Shown: in pieces, positions 62,529 to 64,000 of the stretch | Layout of the letters: each line of letters begins with the position of its first letter | Numbering within the stretch: position 1 is the first letter of the stretch | Assembly: GCA_965199495.1 (NCBI GenBank) | Contig: CBDASK010000003.1 | Location: 3,584,001 to 3,648,000, forward strand | Direction of reading: 5' to 3' | Length of the DNA stretch: 64,000 nucleotides | Source: Abditibacterium sp. | GTDB lineage: Bacteria > Armatimonadota > Abditibacteriia > Abditibacteriales > Abditibacteriaceae | Program-made: the position numbers and the translations under genes | The notes under the pieces: generated by a model | What the model saw: only the letters and a program-made list of their open reading frames with translations | What the model was told of the DNA's origin: nothing | Databases searched by the model: none

Positions 62529-63286
62529 ACTACTTCTTCATCGCCCGCTTTGCGCCAAACCCAAACGCGCACAAACGGCGTGATTTTAAATGCGTCAACC
62601 GTCTCGAACATTTCGCCCAAGTGGCGCCATTCGCTCGCGGCGAAAAAGTGAAACGCGCCCGGCCCAAACGCCACAAAGTTCGCCGCGTCGCGAACGTGTT
62701 CGGCGACGATTAATTGTCCGTCCGGCTTTAATATTCGTCTGAGTTCGGCGAAAAATCGCTCGCGGTCGGCGCGCTCGCGCAGTTCGTGCGCGGCCAACAT
62801 CACAAACGCCGTATCGAGCGAATCGCTTTCGATATTCAAAGCGCGGAAATCTACCGTTGCGGCTTCAACTTCGGGCCGCGAAACCGCGCGCGCGCGGTGA
62901 ATTGAAGGCTCGACCATGACTTTGGCGTCAAAAAAATCGTAAGCCGCGCCGTCGCTGCCAAATAATTCGCGCAGCATTGGCGTGGCATCGTCAACTCCGG
63001 CGTGGAACGTCGCCCAAGCGTGCGGGTTTTCGGGGAAATAGGCGCGTAGCCAATGCCATTTATAAAGCGGCGACACATCGTAAATCCACCAAGAAACGAA
63101 AATCGAAGCCGCGCTCCACCACGCGCCCGCTACCAAACCCAATTGCGCGCCGCGCTCGACAATCGGCGCCCAACGCCGCGCACGCAATGCAGCCACGGCG
63201 ACTGTTGCCGCCGTGGCTGCTATGGCATAGAAAGGCCAGTTGAACTGCAAAATCTGGCGTGTGCCGTGAAAGGGTGAGCGGGACAT
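62330..63286 (-). CDS. Class I SAM-dependent methyltransferase-like protein whose C-terminus reads through the palindrome
   Basis: SLDTAFVMLAAHE, ELRRILKPDG, FGPGAFHF; the last ~65 codons lie inside the repeat. Confidence 0.8.
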   Translation of the reverse strand: MSRSPFHGTRQILQFNWPFYAIAATAATVAVAALRARRWAPIVERGAQLGLVAGAWWSAASIFVSWWIYDVSPLYKWHWLRAYFPENPHAWATFHAGVDDATPMLRELFGSDGAAYDFFDAKVMVEPSIHRARAVSRPEVEAATVDFRALNIESDSLDTAFVMLAAHELRERADRERFFAELRRILKPDGQLIVAEHVRDAANFVAFGPGAFHFFAASEWRHLGEMFETVDAFKITPFVRVWVWRKAGDEEVVNLSCALLLHCHSEPGAPWAVGTNEVEESIGCFLTPLSSVPLRHGFFDFVRAYRPRGTRLRMTMKK

Positions 63287-63289
63287 CGT

Positions 63290-64000
63290 TCAAACTTTCG
63301 CGACTTCCGGCTCCGGTCTTTCAGGTTCGATCATCTTCGGTTCAGTTTCGGTTTCGACGGTTCTATAATCGTCTTTTATGTCCCAACCGTAACCGAAGTA
63401 GCCGCGTTCCTTAATCATTTGCGCGACTTCGGCGGGCACCATCTCTTCCCACGACGAATCGCCCGCGATGATTAGTCGCAAAACTTCGCGCGAGAAGATA
63501 TGCAAATAATCGCGATTGTAAAAATCAATTGCCTGAATCGAACCGTTTTCGACCAAGAATTGATACAGGTTATGCAAGTGCGGCGCGACCTTTAATCGCG
63601 ATACGTTAACGAGATGATGCGTATCTTCTAACAACGGATAAACATAGAGTTTCAAATCGTTCTTGAACAATCGTCCAAACGATTCCAAAATACCGCCTTC
63701 GAGATGTTCGTAATACTTTTCATCGAACAAATCGCGCAGACTGGGAACGCCCATAACCATCGCGATTTTCTTTTTGGTGTAGTTGCCCAGATATTGCGCT
63801 AATCGGTAATATTCGGCGTAATCCGAAATTAAAACCGTGGCGCCGGTCGAGGCCAAAAGTTCGACGCGCGCGATGAAGTCGGCGTAGTCAATGGCGCCCG
63901 GCTCCATCAGGTTTTTGAGCGTGAGTTCAAACAAAACCAACGGTTTATCGGAGTCGCCGCCCCCGTCGGCGGCGAACTGGGCGGTCGCACATTCGATCAT
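63290..64000 (-). CDS. Conserved protein, C-terminal part, nucleotidyltransferase-like (5' end outside the window)
   Basis: EYYRL..YL, LEGGILESFG, LYVYP, FSREVL and WEEMVPAEV motifs. Confidence 0.6.
   Translation of the reverse strand: MIECATAQFAADGGGDSDKPLVLFELTLKNLMEPGAIDYADFIARVELLASTGATVLISDYAEYYRLAQYLGNYTKKKIAMVMGVPSLRDLFDEKYYEHLEGGILESFGRLFKNDLKLYVYPLLEDTHHLVNVSRLKVAPHLHNLYQFLVENGSIQAIDFYNRDYLHIFSREVLRLIIAGDSSWEEMVPAEVAQMIKERGYFGYGWDIKDDYRTVETETEPKMIEPERPEPEVAKV

Overview
GC-rich bacterial chromosomal segment; gene content and style suggest Armatimonadota (Abditibacterium-like), which is an inference. Housekeeping genes include the 3' end of dnaE, a class I aldolase, rapZ-yvcK, larB-larC, secG with tRNA-Leu(GAG), CIRCE-controlled groES-groEL, kdsD and pepF, plus several secreted carbohydrate-active-like proteins. 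Three things stand out. (1) An unusual kdp locus: a DUF2294/MpsC-family gene, a structured leader with an intrinsic terminator, three tiny membrane peptides (one is KdpF), kdpABC, a non-KdpD sensor kinase, two paralogous response regulators sharing an unrecognised output domain, and a kinase-less KdpD-N/USP protein. (2) At least five families of intergenic palindromic or repeat elements. One family brackets a small GIY-YIG nuclease gene with two 116-nt copies (one mismatch) and has solo copies elsewhere; another sits beside a DUF559 nuclease. (3) Two nuclease genes with single in-frame stops, including a restriction-modification gene whose TAG lies in a perfect 13-bp hairpin and is removed by inverting the 3-nt loop.
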